A stretch of 64,000 nt of DNA from a virus, in the IMG/VR virus record IMGVR_UViG_3300022602_000037; one strand, written 5' to 3'. Every line of letters starts with the position of its first letter. Within the stretch, counting starts at the first letter, position 1. This document shows positions 46,801 to 54,661 of the stretch, piece by piece. A program made the translations under genes and the position numbers. The notes below the pieces were generated by a model. That model searched no databases. It worked only from the letters and a program-made list of their open reading frames with translations, and was not told where the DNA came from.

Positions 46801-49800
46801 CGTTTGGAGTGCTATCTGGGCTGCCACTTAAAATTAATGTTGTAAAATTAACTACACTAGTAACTGTCTGTCCGCTTGTGAATCCAGTACCTAGCACATA
46901 CATGCCTGGAAGTATGCCGATTGTACTAGTTACTCGCAATGTTGCTTCTGCACTTCCTACAGGATTATATGCAGACTGAGCTTGTACTACTGAAGAATAT
47001 TTTAATTTATATACTCTACCAGATGAATTATTATATCCCGGAGCTGATATATAAATTACATCATTACCAAATGCAAAATTTGATCCAAAATTTTCATTAG
47101 CAACAGGATAAGGACTTACAATAGTATCTACTAAAGCGTAGATATTATTTGAATCTTTCTTATATAGACTTATTACACCTTGTCGTGCATATCCAGTTTG
47201 AGCATACTGGAATGACCATTGGCCGCTGCCGCTATCAGGTGTAGAAGGAGCCTGCTGAGTAGCAGACATGATTCCACTTGCAGTCGTTAACGGCACTGCC
47301 AAGTTACTTCCTTGTATAGCTGTTATTGTAAATTGTGTACTACTAATAATTGTTTGTACATAATAAATGACTCCAGCTACTGCTCCTCCAAATGTATTTC
47401 CAGAAAAAATAATTTCATAACCAACGCCTAATACGCTAGTATCTGCTGTGGTCAAATAATATGTAGAGGCTGCGGTATTAGTTACTGTAATTGTTACTTG
47501 CCCATAAATTTTAATAATAGATTGATAAACATTACTCTTATAGATAACCAAGCATCCCGAAGGATAAATTACAGTTGGATCCCAGGTTCCATAACTATCG
47601 ACTGGAATATAATATATTGTTTCCCAGTAGCCGTATACATCATATAATGGCTCATTATTTGCTGGTACAACTTTAAGTGCTCGATAAAAGTTAGTAAATC
47701 CAGTATCTAAATCTACTTCACTTACAATGAGTCCTGGGCCATATACTAAAACTTGATTCCAATTACCAATATAATTTGTAATTGCATAACCTGCCAATGG
47801 ACTGCCAGTTATCATGTACGATGCATCGGGTGCGATTGCAACTGCTGTAGCAACAACATTTCCTTGATTTGGATTAGTTGTTATTATATAAGTAGCAGTT
47901 GTTATAGATGCATTTGCTGGCTGGCTAATTGTGACACTAACTCCTTGAATTACTGAAATTATAATTGAATTTGGAGAAATGCCTTGACCTTCTATAACTC
48001 CGTTTAACATTCCAGAGGCTGCCGCAGACATTGTAACTACAGTACTATTGATTATAGTGCTTGCAATAACATTATAAACTGTATTGGTAGAAATAAAAGG
48101 AGGTTCAATGATTTGTCGTTGTACCCATGGCAAGGCCGGACTAGATTTATCATAAGTGGTGATTTGCCCATAACCTGTGCCTATGGCAGCCATGTTACCT
48201 TCTCTGTTGATTGCAATAACAGCACCAAACTCTAACTCATTTTGTGGAGCAGAATTATTCAAATAAGAAATTTCATATACTGGGTTGTATTGCCAAGTAG
48301 CCCATTTGCCGTTACCCTGATCATCGGTCCAAATTAGTTCTCCTGGATTTAGACGAACTGTGAGAATAGAATCTAATGAGTTAATACTAGATGTTCGTTG
48401 ACTTACCAGTGCATACACTACCAATTGGTTTGATTGTGTAAATGGTTGAGGAAACCCAGAAATAGTAGCAGAAATTGTAAACGAATTTAAGTTTACACTG
48501 GTAATTTGATAAAATCCTTGCAACAACGCTACTTGAGAAAGCCCGACCCAATCACCTACTTGGAATGAGGTTAAATTTTCAGTAGTTAATGTTAGTGTAA
48601 AGTTATTATTGTTATAAGAAACGTTATTAATTATAATTTGTAAGTCGGTGAATCTGTAGACATTCCAACTTGGACCATCAAATGCCACCCATACATAGGC
48701 ACCTTCATTAAATGTAGTGATATCATAAGAAGATATTTCTGACAAGTATCCTAAACTTAAGAATACATCTGTGGCATTAACATATCCTGCTTCTCTTAAG
48801 AAAGAATTATACACTGGTAGTAGAGGCCAGGGTTGACTATTATAACCTAAAGGTTTTAGATAAACATCATTATATGTTTGTTCAATAATAAATGTTTCAC
48901 TAAGACTTGTGTCTTTTAATTGTCTTAGTTCAAATCCCTGAGGATTAGATCTAAAATTTGCTTCGTTGAGTATAAACTCTATATTTTCAAACGCTTTAGC
49001 GGCACCGTATTGTCCCAATCGTAATGCCCATTCTTCATAAAATACCAAACTCTCTAAGTTATCAGAACTTAGTACATTAAACAATTTATTAAGACTATTT
49101 TGTGTACCTTTTTCACGAATCATTCCTTGATAAAACTTAAATTCTGTAACATCGTCTTGTAAGATGTTATCTAGGTATTGACGTTTTTGATAACCAATTA
49201 AATGCTGTGCAACTTTTTGTTGATTATTATCAAAATTATCACTGTCTAAGCTATAAAAATCTTCAAACTGACTTGCCTTGTAAGACCAATTAGGTAATAG
49301 TTTTGCTGTAGGTTTTGTTGCCAGTTGAGTCCACTGTGTAGCATCAAAGGTTTCTGTACCAATCAATGCCGACAATGCGCTATAATAAAATCCTTGATAA
49401 TTAACAATATCGCCTAATGCATAATCTGTCCATGCTTTCCAATTTTGTATAATTGCTTGGTCAAAAATAAATCCTGGAATGTCTAATCCGCCATACCAAT
49501 CGATACTAACATGTCCAGAAACTTTAAGTCTTTCTTGTCTATAACCACTTTCTGGGTTATAAATTACATCATTAAAAATTGTTGTATTACTTAAAGTAAT
49601 AACTTGTTCATGTTGGATTAGATAAAAACTTGCACCATATATTCCATCAGTTGTTCGAGGACTATAAGATACTATATTTCCACTTCTGTAGCTATCTAAA
49701 AATTTTGAAGCCAGTGGAGTTCCATCAACCTTGAAAATTTCATAGTGATAGAATGGATTTGTTATATCATCGACTACAGCTAAATTAGTTGTAAAAGTTA

Positions 49801-52800
49801 ATTTACTTGCAGATGGACTTAGACTTATAACACTATTACCTACATTGCTTATTCCAGGCAACATTTGATATTTTGCCTTATCAAAAGAATCAGTAGCTGA
49901 AAGATTATATAAAGCACTGTAATAATCTCCGTTATATCTTACAATAGTACCATAAGTTACCGGAGCATTTGGCATCCAATCTTTCCATTGACTAGAATCA
50001 GGAGTCCAGTTTTGAGTAGTCCAGAATAAAAATTCTTTAGCACTAGTTTCCCAATTTGTAACTAGGCCTAAGTTAACGTTAAAGCTGTCAAAAGTAAATC
50101 CTTCGTCTTGAAGATATCTGCCGTACCCTAGTAAGAAATCTACAACTTCTTGTTTAGTTTGAAATTCAGTACCGTAAGGAACAACAATAGGTTTAGTTCT
50201 GTCCCAACCAGTTCTAATAACAGCACTAGCTCCACCTACTACCGGTAAATGACCTAAGGGAGTAAAAATATTTGAATCAAACGCAGTACCTGCAACAGTG
50301 GTAGATAATGTTCTGTAGTAAGAATTTACATATTTTACAATAGTACCAGTTACGTATGTTTCTCCTGGCGTCCAAGTTACATAAGGTGCGCTAATACCAC
50401 CAATGACTGTTGTAGGACCAGATTTAACATAAGGATAATAGGTAAAATATGGTTGAGTTTGACTGTAGCCTTTTACTTCATACCCGTCGGGCATCTTTGT
50501 AATAATAACACCACTATAAACTATTTTCCTAATTGGGCTTGAACTATTTAGAAATACATTAAAATTTTCTGCAGGAACAAATACGTTACCAGTACTTGCA
50601 GGAGTTTTAGAATCTAATAATAAATTCATCTGCTCTTTACTAGTAAATGCGCCAATTCTATAAGATATCTGTGCTGTCATTGTAGCAAGATCAGTTATAT
50701 ATTGCTTGTAAGATTGTACATTATTACTAAAAATAAAATTTAAGATTTGATCTACAATATAGTTTACAATACCTGCGGTTTGTACTCTAGTAGTACTAGA
50801 ATAAATGCTTGGTAATAAAATATCTGCTGGAGATATTCTTAAATTAGTTTTTGTATAAACTAATTGTCCTGCTAAATTTCTTGCTATTCTAGATCTGTCT
50901 AACAAAATGTTTATAGTTTTAGCAGGTGTTAATAATATACTAGCAATAACAACTGCAAATGGGTAATGACTGCTACGACGCCATGCTGTTTCAACTGGAC
51001 TTTGATCTCCGAATACAAATCCGTTTCCTGTATTTTGTGTTATAGTGCCGTTAGCAAGGCCAGACGCTATAGGATTTATTAATAATCCATTGCTATCCAC
51101 TGGGATATGCTTCATTAAAAAGGGTTTAGCATACTTAGACAATTTAATTGTAGGCATTCCTGGCTCTCTGACCATGCCATCATTAATATCTTGCCACATT
51201 GGTAGATTGTCACCGGTATAAGGTGCTGGTCCGTATAACTCTACCCACCAACTTGGTTGTTGACTAAATCCTAACATTTCCCAAGGACATAAATTTGGAC
51301 GATCGGTGTCTAATAAATATTGGAATATGCCTCTCCAATATCCTGGAAGTTGTCTGCCGTCGGGTGCATAGTTATCCGAATAATTATAACTAAACGGATT
51401 GTTTATATCATAACTAAGAGGTTTTGTAAAATCTCTTCCTGATAGTTTAGTCCACTTGTAAAAATTAGGAGCTAATACTTGATTAAATTCTGCAAGACTG
51501 TAATCATTAGATCTGTTATAACTAGGAATAATGTCAGCTACATCAAAAATTGTAGGATCGTACTGAACTTTAATATTATTAAAAATACGTTTTTCTAATT
51601 CTAATAACAGCTGATCTCGGTAATCTCCATAGGCAAGTATTTTACTACCATCGTGACCTTGAATCATAGTTTGCGGAGTAGCATAGGTATTGTCTACATA
51701 AATTTGTGGAACATAGGCTGGCCACATTCCATATTTTGTAGGTGTAGCTGGAACAAAACTACCATCAGTGCTGTCATATTCTACTGTTGTGATAGTGTCT
51801 CCATTATTCATTACTACGCTATTGGTAATAGTAAAATATCCTTGATTGTCAAATGTATAATCTCTACCATGTACTAATTGACTGTTATTCAAGTAAATAC
51901 CAACAGCTTTATTGGATAAAGTAGTTAATGTGAATACTGAACTTAATGGATATTGTTTTATTCTATAATCAACTACTGAAAGATTTGTTTTAACAGATGC
52001 TCCGTACGGAATCATATCACTAAAATAATAAGGAGCAGTATTAGGACGATCCTTGTTTATTTTTTGCATTATTAAATCTACAAGTGTAACTGGATCTCCG
52101 TCAACGCCCAAACTAGTAGCTGTCTTAACAAAATTTCTTTTGAAATTATTATAGTCATCTCGACTTTGTTCAATTGAACGTATAATATTATTTGTTTCTG
52201 AAGTAATATGATATATTGTAGTGCTTAACGGACCACTGTGCTGTACAAATTTTGTTCCGTATTGTGTAACATTGCCTAAATCTCTTAAATTTCCATCCCC
52301 TGGAAATGATCCAACAAATGTTGTTCCAAGATTATCAACAATTGAATTTACATGATCTGCAACTTCACCTAATGTAAAATCTCCCATGATGTTATTCAAA
52401 GGATTATTTTGCAGATTAATTGGAATTTCGTAGTAGCCTTTACTATTAATTATTTGTGAGGCAAATGCACGGATTGTTAAAACATCACTTTTAGATATCG
52501 GATTAACCAATGTAATAAATTTGTAGTTAGGTCCTGAATTTAATTGCCACAATGTTGGGCTTAATCTAATTCCGTTTACATAAATTTTAACCACAAGATC
52601 TGATAAGTTTGTGATATCGTCAAAAATATCTAAATTAAATTTTGTTGTTAGCCCAGAATTTTTGTAAATTCTAACGGCAGCTTGCGTATTAGGTGCAGAA
52701 CATGTTTGCCAGCCATTTTTATAAGTTAACCCACCAGCATAAGTTTGTTTTACTAGATATCCTACATTAATATTTTTTGTAATTAGTGATGTAGATTCCT

Positions 52801-54661
52801 TATACTGGAATGTATCAGTAGCCAATGTGAAATTAAAAACAATATCGCCAATATTACTGATATTTCTGTAACTAAGAGGAAACCCTAATGTAGTATCTGC
52901 TACCCCAGATCCTATTTTATATGAAAATAAAGTAGTTCCTACAAATGTACTACCATTGTAAACACTAGTATCTCCGTAACTTATTGTGTTTTCATCAACT
53001 ACATCAAACAAAGGTGCTTGGTTAATTTTAGTTTTTTGCTGGCCTAATACCCAAGAAGTTCCGTTATACCACCAACTGGTTCCTTGATAAGTTAAACCAT
53101 TCTTAATCAATGCAACTTGATTCAGAACTGGTTCTGCTATTTCAGCTAAATGTATTTGTCGGCTACCTGAACTAAGATGTAATACGTCTAAGAACTGTAC
53201 TTCAAACACCTTATTTCTTGTAAGTCTATCTGTATCGGCTGTGAAAATAATACGTTGCCCTTGAGCTAATGGAATTCCATCAACATGATATCCAAATGCT
53301 CCTTCAATTTGTGTAAATGCATCTTTAGTAAAAGTATCAATGATATCAATATCGGCAATTGCGGTGGTTCCTGAATTTGCTAACTTGAGATCTGCTTCAA
53401 ATTCTATAATAGGTCTAATAGCTCTTGCTGTTTGATCGATACTAGCAACATTGCCATTATATGTTGCACTTGCGGTGATTACATCTTTATGAAACCATCT
53501 ATTATAACGACTCCAATTATTGTAATCGTTACTAGCCCGGTTAATCACAATATAGTCTTGTGACCCAGCAAAACCTGTTGCATCGCTGAAAGGGTTATTA
53601 TCAAATTTATCGCTGTCAAAAGGAATAGTTTTTTCTGTAGTATAGTTATTAATAACTTCTAAAGTAGTTGTCAATATTAGTTTTATAGCAACGCCCACTC
53701 CTTCTACATAATATTCACCGGTAGCGTACTCTGCCGGTGTTACATTGCCGACAAATTTAAGTTTCATTCCGTTACTAAGTTGTGTTCCATCAGCAAATTT
53801 ATAAGTCTTTTTACCTAGAAGATCATTAGCAACATCTGTGTAAGTATCTTCGGTAATTGATAATATTTCAAAAACTCCGCCCAGGTTAAGATCGCTTTCA
53901 CTTTGATAATAAAGCACTGTTGGAGCATCTAATGGAACTGTAAATGTTAGTAAACCTTGTTCTATTCCGTAGCCGCTTACTAAATCATTTTCGTATCTGT
54001 TATCTGTTCCTGCACTTCTATCAGTTTTTATACTAAAAGGATTTCCAGGACTATTAATTTCAAAATTATATGTTTGCCCTCTGTAGAGTTTTAACACAGG
54101 ATTTCTTGTAAACCCGTTAGGAGTAAACAAATATTCTTTATTGCTTAATTCATTTTCAATAGTAACAGTATATGTACTTTCAATGGCCTTAACTTGTCCC
54201 GGAAACACAATAGTCTCGGGTCCGTAAGGCAACCAATAGTAGTTTTGAAAATTAACAAATTTGTCCCAATCAATATGGGGATCCCAGCTATAAAATTCTT
54301 GTTTATTTAATCTAGCATGATTTTTTGTATTACCACCAAATACTCCGATTTGATTTATGTAATCCATGTAATCTTTGAAAAATGTAGTATTACCTAAACT
54401 ATCTTGAATATTAATACTAGGTTCAAGTTGATAATTTTGTCTGTTTACTGTAGGTGCAGTTAGATAGATATCAGAACCTGTGGCACTTTTTGCATTTTCT
54501 CGACCAATATAACCGTTGATTTTCTTTACAGCACCTGGTTGGAATAACTGATCAACCGTTGCTTGTAAAAATTTGTCGTTGGCGGGTGTTTGATAAAATG
54601 TTGGTAATAATTTTTTTGTTATACCTACATTGCCGCTTTTTGCGTCACGACTATTAGCCAT
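37829..54661 (-). CDS. Giant (5,610 aa) virion structural protein, probable baseplate wedge/fibre-network protein (gp7 position)
   Basis: Uninterrupted 16.8-kb ORF directly after the gp6-like gene. It contains W..G..Y..G..V.Y (CBM5/12-like) repeats, FG-GAP-like propeller repeats, GSGY..P repeats and Ig-like G.G.T..F repeats. Confidence 0.85.
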   Translation of the reverse strand: MANSRDAKSGNVGITKKLLPTFYQTPANDKFLQATVDQLFQPGAVKKINGYIGRENAKSATGSDIYLTAPTVNRQNYQLEPSINIQDSLGNTTFFKDYMDYINQIGVFGGNTKNHARLNKQEFYSWDPHIDWDKFVNFQNYYWLPYGPETIVFPGQVKAIESTYTVTIENELSNKEYLFTPNGFTRNPVLKLYRGQTYNFEINSPGNPFSIKTDRSAGTDNRYENDLVSGYGIEQGLLTFTVPLDAPTVLYYQSESDLNLGGVFEILSITEDTYTDVANDLLGKKTYKFADGTQLSNGMKLKFVGNVTPAEYATGEYYVEGVGVAIKLILTTTLEVINNYTTEKTIPFDSDKFDNNPFSDATGFAGSQDYIVINRASNDYNNWSRYNRWFHKDVITASATYNGNVASIDQTARAIRPIIEFEADLKLANSGTTAIADIDIIDTFTKDAFTQIEGAFGYHVDGIPLAQGQRIIFTADTDRLTRNKVFEVQFLDVLHLSSGSRQIHLAEIAEPVLNQVALIKNGLTYQGTSWWYNGTSWVLGQQKTKINQAPLFDVVDENTISYGDTSVYNGSTFVGTTLFSYKIGSGVADTTLGFPLSYRNISNIGDIVFNFTLATDTFQYKESTSLITKNINVGYLVKQTYAGGLTYKNGWQTCSAPNTQAAVRIYKNSGLTTKFNLDIFDDITNLSDLVVKIYVNGIRLSPTLWQLNSGPNYKFITLVNPISKSDVLTIRAFASQIINSKGYYEIPINLQNNPLNNIMGDFTLGEVADHVNSIVDNLGTTFVGSFPGDGNLRDLGNVTQYGTKFVQHSGPLSTTIYHITSETNNIIRSIEQSRDDYNNFKRNFVKTATSLGVDGDPVTLVDLIMQKINKDRPNTAPYYFSDMIPYGASVKTNLSVVDYRIKQYPLSSVFTLTTLSNKAVGIYLNNSQLVHGRDYTFDNQGYFTITNSVVMNNGDTITTVEYDSTDGSFVPATPTKYGMWPAYVPQIYVDNTYATPQTMIQGHDGSKILAYGDYRDQLLLELEKRIFNNIKVQYDPTIFDVADIIPSYNRSNDYSLAEFNQVLAPNFYKWTKLSGRDFTKPLSYDINNPFSYNYSDNYAPDGRQLPGYWRGIFQYLLDTDRPNLCPWEMLGFSQQPSWWVELYGPAPYTGDNLPMWQDINDGMVREPGMPTIKLSKYAKPFLMKHIPVDSNGLLINPIASGLANGTITQNTGNGFVFGDQSPVETAWRRSSHYPFAVVIASILLTPAKTINILLDRSRIARNLAGQLVYTKTNLRISPADILLPSIYSSTTRVQTAGIVNYIVDQILNFIFSNNVQSYKQYITDLATMTAQISYRIGAFTSKEQMNLLLDSKTPASTGNVFVPAENFNVFLNSSSPIRKIVYSGVIITKMPDGYEVKGYSQTQPYFTYYPYVKSGPTTVIGGISAPYVTWTPGETYVTGTIVKYVNSYYRTLSTTVAGTAFDSNIFTPLGHLPVVGGASAVIRTGWDRTKPIVVPYGTEFQTKQEVVDFLLGYGRYLQDEGFTFDSFNVNLGLVTNWETSAKEFLFWTTQNWTPDSSQWKDWMPNAPVTYGTIVRYNGDYYSALYNLSATDSFDKAKYQMLPGISNVGNSVISLSPSASKLTFTTNLAVVDDITNPFYHYEIFKVDGTPLASKFLDSYRSGNIVSYSPRTTDGIYGASFYLIQHEQVITLSNTTIFNDVIYNPESGYRQERLKVSGHVSIDWYGGLDIPGFIFDQAIIQNWKAWTDYALGDIVNYQGFYYSALSALIGTETFDATQWTQLATKPTAKLLPNWSYKASQFEDFYSLDSDNFDNNQQKVAQHLIGYQKRQYLDNILQDDVTEFKFYQGMIREKGTQNSLNKLFNVLSSDNLESLVFYEEWALRLGQYGAAKAFENIEFILNEANFRSNPQGFELRQLKDTSLSETFIIEQTYNDVYLKPLGYNSQPWPLLPVYNSFLREAGYVNATDVFLSLGYLSEISSYDITTFNEGAYVWVAFDGPSWNVYRFTDLQIIINNVSYNNNNFTLTLTTENLTSFQVGDWVGLSQVALLQGFYQITSVNLNSFTISATISGFPQPFTQSNQLVVYALVSQRTSSINSLDSILTVRLNPGELIWTDDQGNGKWATWQYNPVYEISYLNNSAPQNELEFGAVIAINREGNMAAIGTGYGQITTYDKSSPALPWVQRQIIEPPFISTNTVYNVIASTIINSTVVTMSAAASGMLNGVIEGQGISPNSIIISVIQGVSVTISQPANASITTATYIITTNPNQGNVVATAVAIAPDASYMITGSPLAGYAITNYIGNWNQVLVYGPGLIVSEVDLDTGFTNFYRALKVVPANNEPLYDVYGYWETIYYIPVDSYGTWDPTVIYPSGCLVIYKSNVYQSIIKIYGQVTITVTNTAASTYYLTTADTSVLGVGYEIIFSGNTFGGAVAGVIYYVQTIISSTQFTITAIQGSNLAVPLTTASGIMSATQQAPSTPDSGSGQWSFQYAQTGYARQGVISLYKKDSNNIYALVDTIVSPYPVANENFGSNFAFGNDVIYISAPGYNNSSGRVYKLKYSSVVQAQSAYNPVGSAEATLRVTSTIGILPGMYVLGTGFTSGQTVTSVVNFTTLILSGSPDSTPNGVIEFAVVGWGYDQAEVYTGNITGMNFGYSLAISNDNSTLAISAASSVTTALVAIFKATPTVVLTTTGATGTGTTATLTFAKQTLLPYALGDTITVSGVVPSSFNGAFVVTAVTLNSVSYASHATGPQTQAGTISGNSLTGFGLVQILQGVDYDIQLAISDDGNYIAISDDTTSSTQIKQQGSVAVYNYHTDSGLYFIQQTLVPHQPETNGHFGRKISFMNNFETLVIYSQYGDTFITTTFDKNSTTFDKNSTPFTVRQINSGRIDIYDRYDTSWVFSESLTRSNPVTPAGEFVVGNTYSILSLGTTDFTKVGASVNAIGVTFTATGDGSGTGIAAIITNEGGVADGYGTGFAVGGNHVLIGAPFGIDHGLTSGRVYDYSKMPGTKTWTIIHSEIDKPDVKKIKKAFLYNRTLGTLVTYLDIIDPAQGKIAGPAEEEIKFKAFYDPATYSVGDTTVNVNTGTAWKDDQVGLLWWDLRTAKFLNAYEDNPVYKNTNWNSLATGASIDIYEWVSYNQLPAVWDSLADTPAGITAGISGTSLYGNSCYSVKQTYNTVTQTFKNTYYFWVKNKKFIPNVAGRNLAASDVSTLIANPRGQGYTYLALTGPSSFSLVNAKQYLKHDEVVLSVEYWLGSKTNQNVHSHWKLVSEDPTTYIPDVIEQKWIDSLCGNDSVGRPVPDPALPPKLRYGIENRPRQGMFVNRFEALKEFVEQANQILLANQIVENSDLKNLESYDPAPAITTGLYDIAFDNYAELIYASVGNYTTPSINPTISDGRITGITINTDSTGNPLSGKGYLVAPYITVNGTGTGAVVNAIINTKGQITGAKVISSGQGYDSTTTLTIRNYSALIRSDVNANGNWSIYAWIPPVTSVGKTTVGYWSLVLTQAYDVRNYWSYADWYATGYSQFTAADFSVATLADLNSISPIIGQTVKVRTTNTGGWELLYKYADSTSIDWTQSYHVVGLQNGTIQLDASLYNLSNTQLGFDNNIYDSQSFDLYASTELRIILSSLKNDIFKGELNGSYLDLFFGSVHYIHSEQLYVDWIFKTSFVRAQHNVGGLDQPVTYKPDNLANFEDYVNEVKPYKTTVREYISNYDSIDPAQLPITDFDLPSIYENNKRTLIQVYSQNDKIIAQDPAIETYPWKFWLDNAGFTITELKLTSGGSGYVTEPQVIFTSNSGSGATARAFISNEKVNRIVLLTPGTGYLSAPTITIKGGILPTGTPATAVAIIGKSLVRSNYVGIKFDRVDQTYVITQLEKTETFTGTGSRLQFVLQWGPDNTIGKSSVTLNGILALRDTYTLAIVSSTVKGYTTYSGTITFTTAPKKGVSIVVTYNIAESLLSATDRIQYYYTPSAGEPGKDLAQLMTGIDYGGVIVNGLGFEISQGWDSVPFYSDKWDSYDSTYKDYSVVVNANTNTFTLPYTPDNGIQLNIYRTQVNVDSYVSDGVTKEYVYNTQDIAPYVTLTHTTYSSGVRATFASVASVAGSYVNTITLVSTANITVGMTATGEGFVSGQTVTAILSSTQVQLSVPPDSLPSGIIIFTTNVVASNILYVNSVTGIRVGDVITTTDTSLSLFALNTTVTAVGPNSTLGLSANQVQLSSILYFEIPDSTYLNFVRTLIHPTDVVISNNGKITLTNLTNSGIALGSIISILGKLNPVRLDDPNYNIKPFFAQLVESAAYDAAYNSNYQSILVGLAISNHITSYGYKSSETNYSINNLLETVSNLQGVGTNAEAVLAIDTNTAIVTTIVGGGIVPQPIFTLPYGTPTSIVYNVPNINGSPIGTYVYIPVASISATPVQAGWSVSGLGLTGFATVVAVVLHNGLVAAQINQSIGLQAEYGNYTFISPNYGLYSAATLLNDNIPFIQAELIQYITNNYPSVVYDQTDFQTKIQYIVLSLCYDLTYGGNRESIYSANQYWIYNNSIPFIQPPAYWSGVFGYLNSMAQHIITNTQFTRLQTHFFQYTNSGLANGQIAGTAISNNISTITTIISSAFYPNAPVTNPTAPAQDAGLQTVLSTILSNESTLIPSINATAIVNTFLSDGVSDVGGLTTKTFSIPQPYTLVDGGQANTTIDIEVDDGGSASTVYGILDKVDAGSNASANVFTVSKGDEFVIRQTTSDGSIAPRDQDYDTSLSGGDTTTLNGVYATATGLSADDIIVDGDGLITTTTNVAPEEVVPGQLVDALAIKIFEKPTSGSGVIRTDNYIGDGATTGFKISQQPNSPGAVIVKVGGAIKTVTTDYDVDYRNNNIVFHTAPTSNSEISIFSIGFNGANIIDIDYFVGDGTTSEFVSSATWTTPITTLVYVDGKVASPQIFKTDKTYLYSGAIGFNFGKAPAAGALINFIIVAGTVPTYAITNVETIATNGQFTYNLQNPVGTFLPDESDMIVRVDQSILPAPVNAYFTIGSNRLNYTVDPTKFVPYSIDIRTLYVYAGSNTLTLGTDYIVDLSGVTIKINKTTYNTYKGQTLVVSLTTGEGYTYNALNNQITFNTAYDNTHLVQVISSYQHEFLDSQRTTLSTSTLASLTPNSSFYFYMYNILGGIVQLDRQVLSEYYVWVIKNGTLLSPVIDYKLNPDYQSITLAQNTSITDKLTIITFGSNVYTSGIAYMQFKDMLNRVTYKRLSKSKQTTLAQDLHWNDTVIVVENASNFDLPNPSKNKPGVIEIRGERIEYFSLVGNQLSQLRRGTLGTGIYSVSLAGTLVQDIGPFENIPYSDTQKVTQIVSDGTNLVSLDFVPATINDMEIFVGGYNDGSVWETGAVYPVGAIVNVGSYTYRCLISHISGSTFFSSVTQVTINSDGTTTSIATNIASSSAWKFFIGNRRLKKVGYSVFNINNAPTSPEGDVAFSPDFTIPAVKYYGPTWASGLAVAIGVYVNYENNYYEVTVAGVLGTTGPNHTLGTASNGTASLTFIINGATVILTNLLSFGTQITVVQNSGLAWDNVTSVLYDTGKISDFLRAEPGIWYSEYKQISNVSVGTFDNTLLSFDGTRTTFDQGTTQ
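46043..46089. repeat. 21-bp perfect tandem duplication within the giant gene
   Basis: TGTAGAATTTTTATCAAATGT x2 plus TGTAG; encodes TTFDKNS x2. Confidence 0.9.
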
